IMG/VR virus record: IMGVR_UViG_3300044676_007359
Span: 1-27,460 of that record
Length of the DNA: 27,460 nucleotides
Reading direction: 5' to 3' (one strand)
Source: a virus
Lineage: Duplodnaviria; Caudoviricetes
The notes below the pieces were generated by a model. That model made no database searches, was not told the DNA's origin, and was given only the letters and a program-made list of their open reading frames with translations. The position numbers and the translations under genes are program-made. Below, one piece after another: positions 16,641 to 25,993 of the stretch (positions within the stretch are counted from its first letter, which is position 1; the number at the start of each line of letters is the position of its first letter).

Positions 16641-16839
16641 GGCGAGCGCCCTTGAGCCAATGCGCTACAACGCGCACCCCGCGCAGGTCTTAGAGCGAGC
16701 TCTACTTGAGCTTGAAGATGAGCGATTTAACGCGCTAGCACCTGAGAGCGCGCAACAGATCAAGCCAAACCAAGCCGTAGAGACCGGCGTAGCGTGGATT
16801 GATGAGCTAGAGAAAAAGCTATTTAAACAGGAGGCTTAG
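16549..16839 (+). CDS. Tail chaperone extension (gpT-like), probably made by frameshift; alternatively a 59-aa gene from ATG 16660
   Basis: The +1 frame is open 16312-16839 and ends 2 nt before the tape-measure ATG. Candidate slip sites TTT_TTT_C (16548-16554) and CCC_CCC_G near the chaperone stop. C-terminus ETGVAWIDELEKKL. Confidence 0.5.
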   Translation, partial: FFMDTWKRAKRARSQHPLCGSGLLIHHPPLEASALEPMRYNAHPAQVLERALLELEDERFNALAPESAQQIKPNQAVETGVAWIDELEKKLFKQEA

Positions 16840-16841
16840 AC

Positions 16842-18374
16842 ATGGCTCAAGAGACACAGATCAAGGTCAAGATAGACGATAATGAGGCGCTCCAAGCTCT
16901 GCGTGAGATGGCGGCACTTGTCGAGAGTATCAAAGACAACCTAGCAGGGCTCAACGTGCCACCGGGAGCGATCCCGAGCGCGCCCCCAGCGCCAACCGCA
17001 CCAAGCGCGGCACCCGACGAAGACAAAGAGGACAAGGAGAAGCTCTCACGCCGTCAGCGTGAGGTCAGGCGCATACTACAGAGCGAGGCCCGCGCGACCA
17101 TTGACGCGGTGAGCTCAGAGATCTCTCTCGGCTCGATCACTTCGAGAGTGGGCGGGCAACTTTCTAGTATTGCAAAGCTTATGCCTAAGCTTTTCGGAGT
17201 CTCAACAGGGCTACCGGTCAAGATCGCAGGCGAGGCCATGAAGGCAACCGCGCGCTCTTTACAGGCGCGACAAGCGCGGCTAGGTCAAATCATAGGGCTT
17301 GAGGCCCAAGAGACCGAGATCGCAGGTCTCATCGACACGGGCAACGCCCGAGAGTTCAGCGAAGACCGCGCCAAGCAGCTAGAGAAACTAGGGCTGGACT
17401 CATCCGCAGCGCGTCAATTAATCACAGGTGTAGCGGGCGGTGTAGGCTTCAAGGCGTCCGAGGGAGATCTGAGCTCAGATAGACTCATGAGCCTAGCAGC
17501 CGCTGAGAGGTCAGGTGTCAGCGCGGGAGGGCTCAGCGCCTTAGCGGGAGTGATCGCCCAAAACACAGGAATGAGCGTAGGTACAGCGCTTGATCAGTCT
17601 CTAGCGCTGCGGAATCTAGCTGAGAACCAGCTTGACCTCAGAGGACCCGGCGTGGATGCATTTTTGAGCGGCGCGGGAGGGATTATCGACGCGCTCACCT
17701 CACAGGGCCAAAAGGTGGAACCGTCGCAGATCGCGCAGAGCATCTCAGCGATCGCGCAAACCACAGGCACACGCGGGACGCGACCCACACAGATCTTTGA
17801 GAGCCTGCAGGGTGTAGGACGCGGCGCGCTTAGTCAGGTATCAGCGCCGCTCCAAGACCTCGCTCAGCTCGCTGTTCTCGCAAACATTTATAGCCAATCT
17901 GATTCTATACTAGGAGCGCAGCAGACAGGGGAGGCCCTGATAGCAAACCCTGACATGATCCCCGGTATCATAGCCGGCGCGTTTGGCTCAGAGAGTCAGT
18001 CTGTTTTAGCATCCATCGACGGGATCGGCACAGTTGACGCAGGCCGCCTTAAAGGTGGCGTGAGGGGGGGCAGGGCGAGCACACAAGCGCGAAGGAGCCC
18101 CGCAGCAGTGGCCGCCGGCCTTAAGCTGAGCGCGGCTCAAGCGGCTCAACAGGGTAAGACAACGCGGAGCCTAAGAGATGAAAACTCTACAGAGATCTTC
18201 GAGAAGATGATTGAGCTCTCAGGTAAGAGCGAGCGTAACATATTGAAAATGAGCGAGAATGTAGAGGCTATCACTAAACTCACTGATCTTGTGCTGAAAC
18301 TTCAAGGCGCTTTAGCGGGTAGCGTGAACGCCTTTAACGGCGCTCTGGAGAAGCTCATGAGGTTCATCCCATGA
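16842..18374 (+). CDS. Tape measure protein (short, 510 aa)
   Basis: Position after chaperones; N-terminal IKVKID; Ala/Gly/Leu-rich helical composition; SD AGGAGG. Confidence 0.7.
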   Translation: MAQETQIKVKIDDNEALQALREMAALVESIKDNLAGLNVPPGAIPSAPPAPTAPSAAPDEDKEDKEKLSRRQREVRRILQSEARATIDAVSSEISLGSITSRVGGQLSSIAKLMPKLFGVSTGLPVKIAGEAMKATARSLQARQARLGQIIGLEAQETEIAGLIDTGNAREFSEDRAKQLEKLGLDSSAARQLITGVAGGVGFKASEGDLSSDRLMSLAAAERSGVSAGGLSALAGVIAQNTGMSVGTALDQSLALRNLAENQLDLRGPGVDAFLSGAGGIIDALTSQGQKVEPSQIAQSISAIAQTTGTRGTRPTQIFESLQGVGRGALSQVSAPLQDLAQLAVLANIYSQSDSILGAQQTGEALIANPDMIPGIIAGAFGSESQSVLASIDGIGTVDAGRLKGGVRGGRASTQARRSPAAVAAGLKLSAAQAAQQGKTTRSLRDENSTEIFEKMIELSGKSERNILKMSENVEAITKLTDLVLKLQGALAGSVNAFNGALEKLMRFIP

Positions 18375-19795
18375 GCAACACGTCAACAATCACGCTCTAC
18401 ACAGATGAGCGGACATATGATCTGACAAAATACACGACAGCGTTCAGCCTTCAGGAGATGATCACAGCGCCCTATCATCAGGCCCAGATCACGCTACAGA
18501 TTCCCCTACATGAGCAGAGTGAGGCGCTACCTTACTATGAGGACACCGGCGCGATTGATCTTGATTCGTGGCTCGTAGTGAGTGAGTGGATAGAGCATGA
18601 GGGGGTAGAGCGCGCCGTTTTCGTAGGGCGCCTGAGTGCGGTGAGCTATGGGATAGAGGCGCTCTCAGATCCAGACCTAGCCGGCCTGATCGCCGCACCT
18701 GAGATCTCGCTCACAGCGGGCTCATTTATCGCGCCGCTCACGGAGTCTCAAGTTTATCTCTCAGGTAAGCCCCTACTCAGCGGCCACATTTACGAGCTCA
18801 AAGCCTTCGGTCGCCTGTTAAAGCGCGTGTTGAGCCGCGTGCTGAGATCAGATGTAGGCTCAGTGTTGAGAGCGCTCTATAACGAGTTCTCACCCCATTA
18901 CAGGCTACCCAAGACGCTAGCAGGAGGCGCGAAGCTCAGCGCGTTACCGGTCGTACACTCACAGACCCGCGCGCAGCAGTTTGCGCCAGAGCGCGCACCG
19001 CTCTTTAGATCTGTGTTTGGTCGCGCGATTAACGCGGCTCAGGTGAGGCCCACCGGCGCGCCGTGGTCGATCCTCTCTAGTTTCTTTGACGTTGACCCTT
19101 CACTTGTCGAGCTTTTCCCATCCCTTGAGCCCGCTAGCGTCTCAGGTGAGGTGAGCAGCTTTCTAGGCGCAACCCCCGTTATCGTCTATCGCCTAAAGCC
19201 TTTCATCTTTGAGGCGTTGAGCTCGCAAGGCGTAGACCCGAACGCGCCAGCACAGCAGGAGCACGCGGCGCGGCTCGCGCGGATCATTACCGCAGATGAG
19301 ATCATCAGGCTAGGTGTAAGCGCCAACGCTCAAGACCGAGTGAACTCGGTCTATGTGGACACACCTTTTAATGAGAGTAGAGGCGTTGAGGCCTTCGGGC
19401 TCGTAGGTACACCGACGCTTGACCGCGAGGACATCGAGCGCGCAGGGCTCAGGATGTATCGTGGACAGTGGCCGTTTTTCCCCCAGGGCCGCGCGAGTAA
19501 AGCGGGCTCGCTCAATCGAGAGGTGCAGTACACCATTGAGATTGTAGACCGCCTCACGCGCGGAGCTCACAGATATCTTCAAGGCACAGCGAACACAGCG
19601 CAGAGGCTAGACATTAGAGCGGGCATGTGGGTAAAGTTTGAGACGCCCGCACATGATGAGACGCGCTACTTTTGCGCTTACGTTGAGACCATCTCTCACG
19701 ACACTAGAGCGCTCTCAGGCGGAGTGATCACGCGACGCTCCACACTATCCTTAACACGCGGGTTTTACACGACAGGAGAGCCCGTACATGATTAA
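18371..19795 (+). CDS. Baseplate hub protein (Mu gp44 / T4 gp27-like)
   Basis: Follows tape measure; C-terminal IERAGLR...DIRAGMWV...AYVETISH...TLSLTRG pattern of hub proteins. Confidence 0.65.
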   Translation: MSNTSTITLYTDERTYDLTKYTTAFSLQEMITAPYHQAQITLQIPLHEQSEALPYYEDTGAIDLDSWLVVSEWIEHEGVERAVFVGRLSAVSYGIEALSDPDLAGLIAAPEISLTAGSFIAPLTESQVYLSGKPLLSGHIYELKAFGRLLKRVLSRVLRSDVGSVLRALYNEFSPHYRLPKTLAGGAKLSALPVVHSQTRAQQFAPERAPLFRSVFGRAINAAQVRPTGAPWSILSSFFDVDPSLVELFPSLEPASVSGEVSSFLGATPVIVYRLKPFIFEALSSQGVDPNAPAQQEHAARLARIITADEIIRLGVSANAQDRVNSVYVDTPFNESRGVEAFGLVGTPTLDREDIERAGLRMYRGQWPFFPQGRASKAGSLNREVQYTIEIVDRLTRGAHRYLQGTANTAQRLDIRAGMWVKFETPAHDETRYFCAYVETISHDTRALSGGVITRRSTLSLTRGFYTTGEPVHD

Positions 19796-20474
19796 GAATT
19801 TCATAGGGTTAAAGAGCGCGCGCTTGGCAGTGATGCAGGTGATAGACCGTTACATCACAGAGAGCACCCCTGAGATTGATCTCATTGATTTTAACGGGAT
19901 TGTTTACACAGGATGTACAGTGATCTCTCTAGGTGGTGGAGACCTCGACAGGATGAGCGCACCCGCTCTAAATGCAGAGGTGCTCACGGTCCAACAAGGG
20001 CCCGGCGCGCCGTATGTGATAGGCGTATTGAGCGAGGGCCAAAGCTACGTGGACGAGATCACGCTAGATAGCGCGGGCGAGTACCCCGCCAATCAAATCA
20101 GCATCGACCACAATGAGCTTAAGAGCGCAGGCGCGCGGATCATCGCAGGTGAGAGCGCGCTCTATCTCTCACCACGCGCCAGAGTGCAAGGCGTGTTAGA
20201 GGTGAGCTCAGGCGCGACACCGGCGCAGCATATCGCAGTAGCAGAGCCAACCATTGAGACCCTAGAGACCTATCAAGCGCGGCTCGATGAGCTCAGAACA
20301 GCCGTATTGAGCCTACAGACAGCGTTGACAAGTATAGTAGGTGCTCTAAAACTCGACATCCCATTAGGCGTAACAGCGGCGCTAGAGGTGGTGAGCCTAC
20401 CTGCGGATCGGGTGGAGACAATTGCAGCCCCTTCTGATAGAATAGCCTCACAGATCGCAAAGATAGAGAGGTGA
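19788..20474 (+). CDS. Baseplate central spike (P2 gpV / Mu gp45-like)
   Basis: OB-fold-like N-terminus with PALNAEVL...PYVIGVL; directly after the hub. Confidence 0.6.
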   Translation: MIKNFIGLKSARLAVMQVIDRYITESTPEIDLIDFNGIVYTGCTVISLGGGDLDRMSAPALNAEVLTVQQGPGAPYVIGVLSEGQSYVDEITLDSAGEYPANQISIDHNELKSAGARIIAGESALYLSPRARVQGVLEVSSGATPAQHIAVAEPTIETLETYQARLDELRTAVLSLQTALTSIVGALKLDIPLGVTAALEVVSLPADRVETIAAPSDRIASQIAKIER

Positions 20475-20478
20475 GGAC

Positions 20479-22047
20479 GTGCCAAGCTCAGGGATACAGC
20501 TCAGCGGAGCGCTAGCAGCGCTCGCGCGCGTGAACATACGCTATCTCATCGAGTGGCATAAAGACGGCGCGCTTTATCGCGCGGTGAGCTTGCCTTTACC
20601 GCCCAACGCGCTCAGCGTATCAGCACAGGCCCCCTCACAGGTCACCTACACGTTAGGCCAACCGATCAGGGAGCTAGGGCGCTATAGACAGCGGACGATA
20701 GAGCTCTCAGGTAGCGCGGGATATGACGCGCGGCCCGGCTTCACGGCTACAGGTGCGATCACCTCACAACTCGGGCCTGCTATCCTGATAAGTTTTACAA
20801 GGTTTCTTGAGGAGTATCAGAGGACAGCAGCGCTTGAGGGCGCGGAGTCCCATGAGTTGATCTTCAGGGCGCTTGACGAGGAGATCAATCTCAAGGTAGA
20901 GGTGAGCGCGCTAGGCATCGAACGCAACGCAGACGGCGCGAACCTTGCGCCTGAGTGGTCACTCTCTCTGCAGTCTTACGACGACGCCGCGCCGGCGCCT
21001 GAAGATGCTCTCTTTGATCTTGAAGGGTTCCTTGAGGACGCTACAGCCGCCATTCAAATCACCGCTGATGAGGTGGCCTCATTACAGCTCATCACAGAGG
21101 GCGCTAACGCATATGTGAGACGAGGGATCAGCGGCCCCTTAATCGCGCTAGATAAGCTCACAAGCGCCGTTACCGGCACAGTGAACGGACTTAGAGAGCT
21201 TGCAGACATCCCCGCCGATATCCTGAGACAGATCTCTAAAACCGCCGGATCACTGAGGACCTCGGTCTCAGCGCTCATAGATGATTTAGTCACCTATGAT
21301 GATGAGATTAACGCCGAGTGGTCACTGTTACTCAAGATCTTAGGCGCGACTGAGGAAATCGAGATCCAAGCGGAGAGCGTAAGCGCGATTACTCCTCTAC
21401 CTGAGCTTGAGACCGCGACCGCGCCGCCCCTAGTGCCTAGCGCCTCAGAGCCGATAATAGCGCCACTACGCGATCTCATACCTACGACCGCCTACAGGCT
21501 CAGGTTAGGGGAGGACTTACGCACGATAGCGGCGCGCGTGTTCAGCGACGCGGAGAGGTGGCCGGAGCTCTCAAGGCTCAACGGTTGGTTAAGCTCAGAC
21601 CGCGACGGGCGAGGACAGCCACCGCGCGCGGGCTCAGTTATTTTGATACCCGACCCGATCCAGAGCGGCGCGCCGACACAGCGCGAGCCCTACGGCGTGG
21701 ACCTCTTCATTGATCCCACTACAGGTGATCTTGATCTAGTCGCTGATGATCTCGCGACAGTGAGAGGATCAAGGAACCTAGAGCAAGCGCTCACACACCG
21801 CCTCCACACGCGACAGGGAGAGACACCGATCTTATCTCGATATGGTCTACCTCTCACCATCGGTGAGCGCGTAACCACGACAAGCGCGGGCTATCTCAGC
21901 GCGCATATCAGAGAGCAGTTAGCGCGAGATCTTAGAGTAGACAGAGTAAACGTGATAGAGGTCTCAGATAAGGGCGATCATCTCAGCGCAGCGCTCGAAT
22001 TTACAGCGCGCGCGGGCGGGCTCATGACATCACAGGTGAGGTTATAA
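20479..22047 (+). CDS. Fused baseplate protein: tube-initiator-like N-domain + LysM (gpX-like) + gp25/gpW-like C-domain
   Basis: N-terminal LPLPPNALSV...IELSGSAG; central GEDLRTIAARVFSDAERWPELSRLNG (LysM-like); C-terminal DLATVRGSRNLEQALTHRLHTRQGE...YG...DLRVDRV (gp25-like). GTG start with SD GAGG. Confidence 0.7.
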   Translation: MPSSGIQLSGALAALARVNIRYLIEWHKDGALYRAVSLPLPPNALSVSAQAPSQVTYTLGQPIRELGRYRQRTIELSGSAGYDARPGFTATGAITSQLGPAILISFTRFLEEYQRTAALEGAESHELIFRALDEEINLKVEVSALGIERNADGANLAPEWSLSLQSYDDAAPAPEDALFDLEGFLEDATAAIQITADEVASLQLITEGANAYVRRGISGPLIALDKLTSAVTGTVNGLRELADIPADILRQISKTAGSLRTSVSALIDDLVTYDDEINAEWSLLLKILGATEEIEIQAESVSAITPLPELETATAPPLVPSASEPIIAPLRDLIPTTAYRLRLGEDLRTIAARVFSDAERWPELSRLNGWLSSDRDGRGQPPRAGSVILIPDPIQSGAPTQREPYGVDLFIDPTTGDLDLVADDLATVRGSRNLEQALTHRLHTRQGETPILSRYGLPLTIGERVTTTSAGYLSAHIREQLARDLRVDRVNVIEVSDKGDHLSAALEFTARAGGLMTSQVRL

Positions 22048-22048
22048 A

Positions 22049-23449
22049 ATGGCGTATATCCCTAGAGAGCGCGATGAACTAGCGCGTATATTTCTAGGCT
22101 CACTCATCTCACGCAGTGAGCTTTCAGACACCGCACAAGGAAGCGTTATAGACGTTCTCGGGCAGAGCATGGCGGCGCTTGCGTCATCAACAGAGCGCCG
22201 GATCGCAGGTGTGAGAGACGCTTTTGATTTTCGCAACGCGACAGGCGCGGAGCTCGATGAGCGTTTAGCAGAGCTCCCCCCCGGCACCGTGAGCCGACTA
22301 GAGGCGACCACGGCGAGCGGAAGCCTCGACATCACCTTGACCGGCGCGCTTGGCGCAGACCTCACCATCGAAGCAGGCTCAGCTTTCAGCGCCGCGACAG
22401 CGCCAGAGGTGCTCTACACCTCAACCGCTGATCTCGTGATTAGCGCGGGAGATCTAACAGGCTCACTGACAGCTGAAGCATCACTAGAAGGGCGCGCGGG
22501 TAACATCGCCGCGCAGCGTATCGACACGATAGTGAGCGCAAGCCCCTTGATCCTCTCAGTGACCAACACCGCACCGCTGACAAACGGACAAGAGGCCGAG
22601 ACAGACAGCGCGCTTAAACGGCGCGCTCTTCTCTACCTTCAGAGCCTAGCACGCTCACAGCCCCCTGCGCTCGAGTTCGCCGCGCTGAGCTATGAGGGCG
22701 CGCGTATCACCCTCGCGTCACTATACGAAGACCCAAGCGTAGCGGGTATGAGCTACCTCTACATTGACGATGGATCAGGTGAGCTCGGTCTCAGGACAAC
22801 CACAGGCCGACGCTACACAGGCACCGCGACCGCGACAGGCCCCACGATCATCTATCACGACGGCCCCGCCGTGAACACTTTGACGATCTCTTATATTGAC
22901 CCCGTGACGAGCCTCACGCGCATGGTGAGCACATCTGATTATGTAAGTGTTCCAGAGCGCGGTGTGATCTATTTAGACGCCGACGCGATCCCTGACACCG
23001 CAGTGTGGACACTTGGCGCTTATGAGGTCTTCACCGGACCTATAGCTGCTATTCAGCGTATCATCGAAGGCGACCCCGCGACCCCGAACAGCGCGCCCGG
23101 ATGGAGAGCGGCGGGAACGCGCGTGAGAGTGTACCCCCCAGGTATAGCGCGGCTTAATGCTGACATCCATCTAACACCCGAGAGCGGGTACGAGCTCAGC
23201 GCGCTCAGCGAGAGCGTAGAGACACAGCTCATTGACGCGCTTAGCGTGTACCGTATCGGAGAGCCTCTCTTCACCGCGCGGCTCACTGAGATGATCATGA
23301 GCGTTGATGGCGTGCGGAATATCGCGCTATACGCCGCCGGTACAGGTGACGACGCCACGCCCCAAGCGCTAGAGGATCTCTACCCCGCAGCTGATAGAGT
23401 CATACGACTAGGCACGCTCGCGATCATACCGAGCCCCGAGGAGACCTAA
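22049..23449 (+). CDS. Baseplate wedge protein (P2 gpJ / Mu gp47-like)
   Basis: ATGAELDER, GRAGNI, NGQEAETDSALKRR, YIDDGSG, WRAAG motifs. Confidence 0.9.
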   Translation: MAYIPRERDELARIFLGSLISRSELSDTAQGSVIDVLGQSMAALASSTERRIAGVRDAFDFRNATGAELDERLAELPPGTVSRLEATTASGSLDITLTGALGADLTIEAGSAFSAATAPEVLYTSTADLVISAGDLTGSLTAEASLEGRAGNIAAQRIDTIVSASPLILSVTNTAPLTNGQEAETDSALKRRALLYLQSLARSQPPALEFAALSYEGARITLASLYEDPSVAGMSYLYIDDGSGELGLRTTTGRRYTGTATATGPTIIYHDGPAVNTLTISYIDPVTSLTRMVSTSDYVSVPERGVIYLDADAIPDTAVWTLGAYEVFTGPIAAIQRIIEGDPATPNSAPGWRAAGTRVRVYPPGIARLNADIHLTPESGYELSALSESVETQLIDALSVYRIGEPLFTARLTEMIMSVDGVRNIALYAAGTGDDATPQALEDLYPAADRVIRLGTLAIIPSPEET

Positions 23450-23450
23450 A

Positions 23451-24947
23451 ATGGATAGAGTTAAGTTTGACGCCCTAGAGCGCGCCGATTTAGAAGACGT
23501 TAAAGCCCTCACTGATCTAGGCTACGAGTATGATCAAAGGTCGCTTGGCGCGCTCTTAGGCGCCGCTGATTTAGACACCTATGACGGCGGGCTATTGAGC
23601 GGCCCCGCGCTCACCTATGCTCACGCGACAGGGCTCTTGACCCTGAGCTCATTTAGCTACCTTGAGATCACAGCAGGCGGCGCGCCTTTAGACGCGAACG
23701 GAAACAGCTTAAGCCCAGAGGCGCGCGTTATCAGGTTCGACTCAAGCGCGAGCTCTCACATCAACAGCCCTGTAGACATCAGCGCGGCGCGCACCGTGGG
23801 CACCACATACACTCTCTACGCTCGATCCATTCAGGTAGCGAGTGACACCAGCGCGCGGCGCCGTTGGGATGTAGGCAGCTCTCAAGAGGTGAGCTACTCA
23901 CCAACGACACGCTACAGAGAGCGCGTTGAGTTCGCCGCAGGTGTGACGAAGCCCGCCGAGACCACAAGCGCAGACGTGGGACAATGGGCGGCCTTGCTCA
24001 CTTATGCTGTAGATGTATCAGGCGTGCTCACACATACCCCGATCAGCGCGCTAGACGCAGCAGACGCGCGCGCTATTGCGTTTTTACAGCCCGGCGGCGA
24101 CGTGGATAAGATCTCTACTCACCAATTCTTAAACACCGCGTCAACAGGCACAGAAAGCCGCGCGTTCGGCTCACACGGCCTCATGAGTATTCTCAAATAT
24201 ATGGCCTACAGGACAGGTCAAGACGGGCTAAACGACCTCTTGCACACGCCTACAGCTAACGCGAGATGGTATGAGACGCCGCTCATCTCATTAGGGGAGG
24301 CGAGCGCGAGAATCGAGCGCCTAGAGACACGCTTAGCCGGTCTCTCTAGTGTGTTTCCCTTCAGCGTAGAGGTCCAAGTTAGACTTCTCAGCGGTACATA
24401 TACCGAGAGCGTGAGAATCTCACAGAGCACCCAGAGCCCTTTCACAGATGAGCTCACAGTTGCCTTTGACAACAAGTGGCGCACAGCGGGCACGACGCCC
24501 GCCGCATGGTCAACGACAATCACAGACGGTAGCTTAACAAGCAACGACATCATTCAGCGTCTCGCTCATCCGGTCTTCATTTTTGATAATACGTTTAGCG
24601 GTGGCGAGCTCTTCATGATCCAAGCGCTTCACACGGTGCATGTACTACGCGATGCCACGAACACTACAACGACACACTCAAGCGCGAGCACAACAGGTGG
24701 CCTAATCACAGCGCCCGTTGAGGTGGGTTTATTAGAAGAGACTCAGCTCTCAGATGGTAGTTCACCCGCGCCGCGCGCGAGCCTCATCACATCACGCTCT
24801 CATCTCGATGACAGCTCCACAGACATCACAAGCGCGCACGCTGTTAAGGCCGTAGCGTCTCTTAGCCTCAGTGATTTGAACGTAGACGCAACCGATAATC
24901 TAGGGCTCACGCTCACTCTCAACTATCAGCTTTTAGTGAGGCGATAA
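23451..24947 (+). CDS. Putative baseplate / tail-fibre attachment structural protein
   Basis: Follows gpJ; Thr/Ser-rich beta composition with a short coiled coil (ARIERLETRL). No family recognised. Confidence 0.5.
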   Translation: MDRVKFDALERADLEDVKALTDLGYEYDQRSLGALLGAADLDTYDGGLLSGPALTYAHATGLLTLSSFSYLEITAGGAPLDANGNSLSPEARVIRFDSSASSHINSPVDISAARTVGTTYTLYARSIQVASDTSARRRWDVGSSQEVSYSPTTRYRERVEFAAGVTKPAETTSADVGQWAALLTYAVDVSGVLTHTPISALDAADARAIAFLQPGGDVDKISTHQFLNTASTGTESRAFGSHGLMSILKYMAYRTGQDGLNDLLHTPTANARWYETPLISLGEASARIERLETRLAGLSSVFPFSVEVQVRLLSGTYTESVRISQSTQSPFTDELTVAFDNKWRTAGTTPAAWSTTITDGSLTSNDIIQRLAHPVFIFDNTFSGGELFMIQALHTVHVLRDATNTTTTHSSASTTGGLITAPVEVGLLEETQLSDGSSPAPRASLITSRSHLDDSSTDITSAHAVKAVASLSLSDLNVDATDNLGLTLTLNYQLLVRR

Positions 24948-24948
24948 A

Positions 24949-25992
24949 ATGACGATCACAGCGCACGCGGGATGGACTCTCGACCCCGTAACCAACGCAG
25001 ACCCCACGATCACGCACAGCTTACCTTTAGCAACTCAGAGCTATAGTGTGTTTGGCGGCGCGGTAGACAGCGCAGACCCTAGCGCGAGCTTTAGTTTCTC
25101 GTGGTCCATCTTGCTACCCCGGACAGGACAGACCGCGAGCTTATCCAGCGCCGCCGCGCAAGCCCCCACGCTGCAGAATGTGACGGATACATGGGGAGAT
25201 GTGAGACTCTTCTTAGTTGTGACCAACACCACCACAGCCGAGACAAGCGACAGCGACCCGCGCACCGCGCCCGCGAGCGCCTTTTGTACGCTCCAGATTG
25301 AGAGCGCCGCGAGGTCTCTTAGACTCCCGGCCATAGGCTCAAGAGATTGGTATACAGCGCTTGATAGCGTCACATCGACACTAGACGCCTTAACCATCTC
25401 AACAGGCATAGACACCGCGACCGTTAATGGCTCAGGTGAGCTGATCATCACGCTTGATGACGGCTCGACCGTTAACGCGGGCTCAGTCGTAGGAGCAGAT
25501 GGAGCAGATGGAGCAGATGGAGCAGCCGGCGCAGATGGAGCAGATGGAGCAGATGGAGCCGCAGGCCCTAGCGAGCATGAGCTACTCTATAGCGCGCATG
25601 TCACACAGTGGTACGATTTAGACGGGACCGCCTTACAGAGCTCATTTAATCCTGTAAAAGTAGAGCCCGTAGTTGGCCCGTGGCGCGTGCCTTATGCTTG
25701 TACTCTCACGCATATGAGCGTCGCGGTGAGGAACGCGGGCGCGAACACGAACACCGCAGATTTCAATATCTATACGACCACTGAATCTAATTGGAAGCTC
25801 GACACGATCACGCACGACACACAAACCGTTGGGCTTCTCTCGGCGCAGGCTAATATGCCAGCCTCCAATAAGATCACGTTCAGCCCCGCGATCTCGTTGA
25901 GCGCGGGTGATCTGTTTGGCGTCGCGATGAGCGCGCCATCACTTGGCGCTATGCACTCTCTCAGTGTGAGCATCAAGGCCGAGGAGACCTAG
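24949..25992 (+). CDS. Putative fibre/appendage protein with Ig/PKD-like N-domain, collagen-like segment and beta-sandwich C-domain
   Basis: FSWSI...LVVTN PKD-like pattern; GELIITLDDGSTVNAG followed by nine Gly-X-Y triplets. Confidence 0.65.
   Translation: MTITAHAGWTLDPVTNADPTITHSLPLATQSYSVFGGAVDSADPSASFSFSWSILLPRTGQTASLSSAAAQAPTLQNVTDTWGDVRLFLVVTNTTTAETSDSDPRTAPASAFCTLQIESAARSLRLPAIGSRDWYTALDSVTSTLDALTISTGIDTATVNGSGELIITLDDGSTVNAGSVVGADGADGADGAAGADGADGADGAAGPSEHELLYSAHVTQWYDLDGTALQSSFNPVKVEPVVGPWRVPYACTLTHMSVAVRNAGANTNTADFNIYTTTESNWKLDTITHDTQTVGLLSAQANMPASNKITFSPAISLSAGDLFGVAMSAPSLGAMHSLSVSIKAEET
25492..25572 (+). repeat. 9-bp tandem repeat (GGAGCAGAT and variants) encoding collagen-like (GAD)3GAA(GAD)3GAA-GPS
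   Basis: Read directly from the sequence. Confidence 0.92.
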
Positions 25993-25993
25993 C

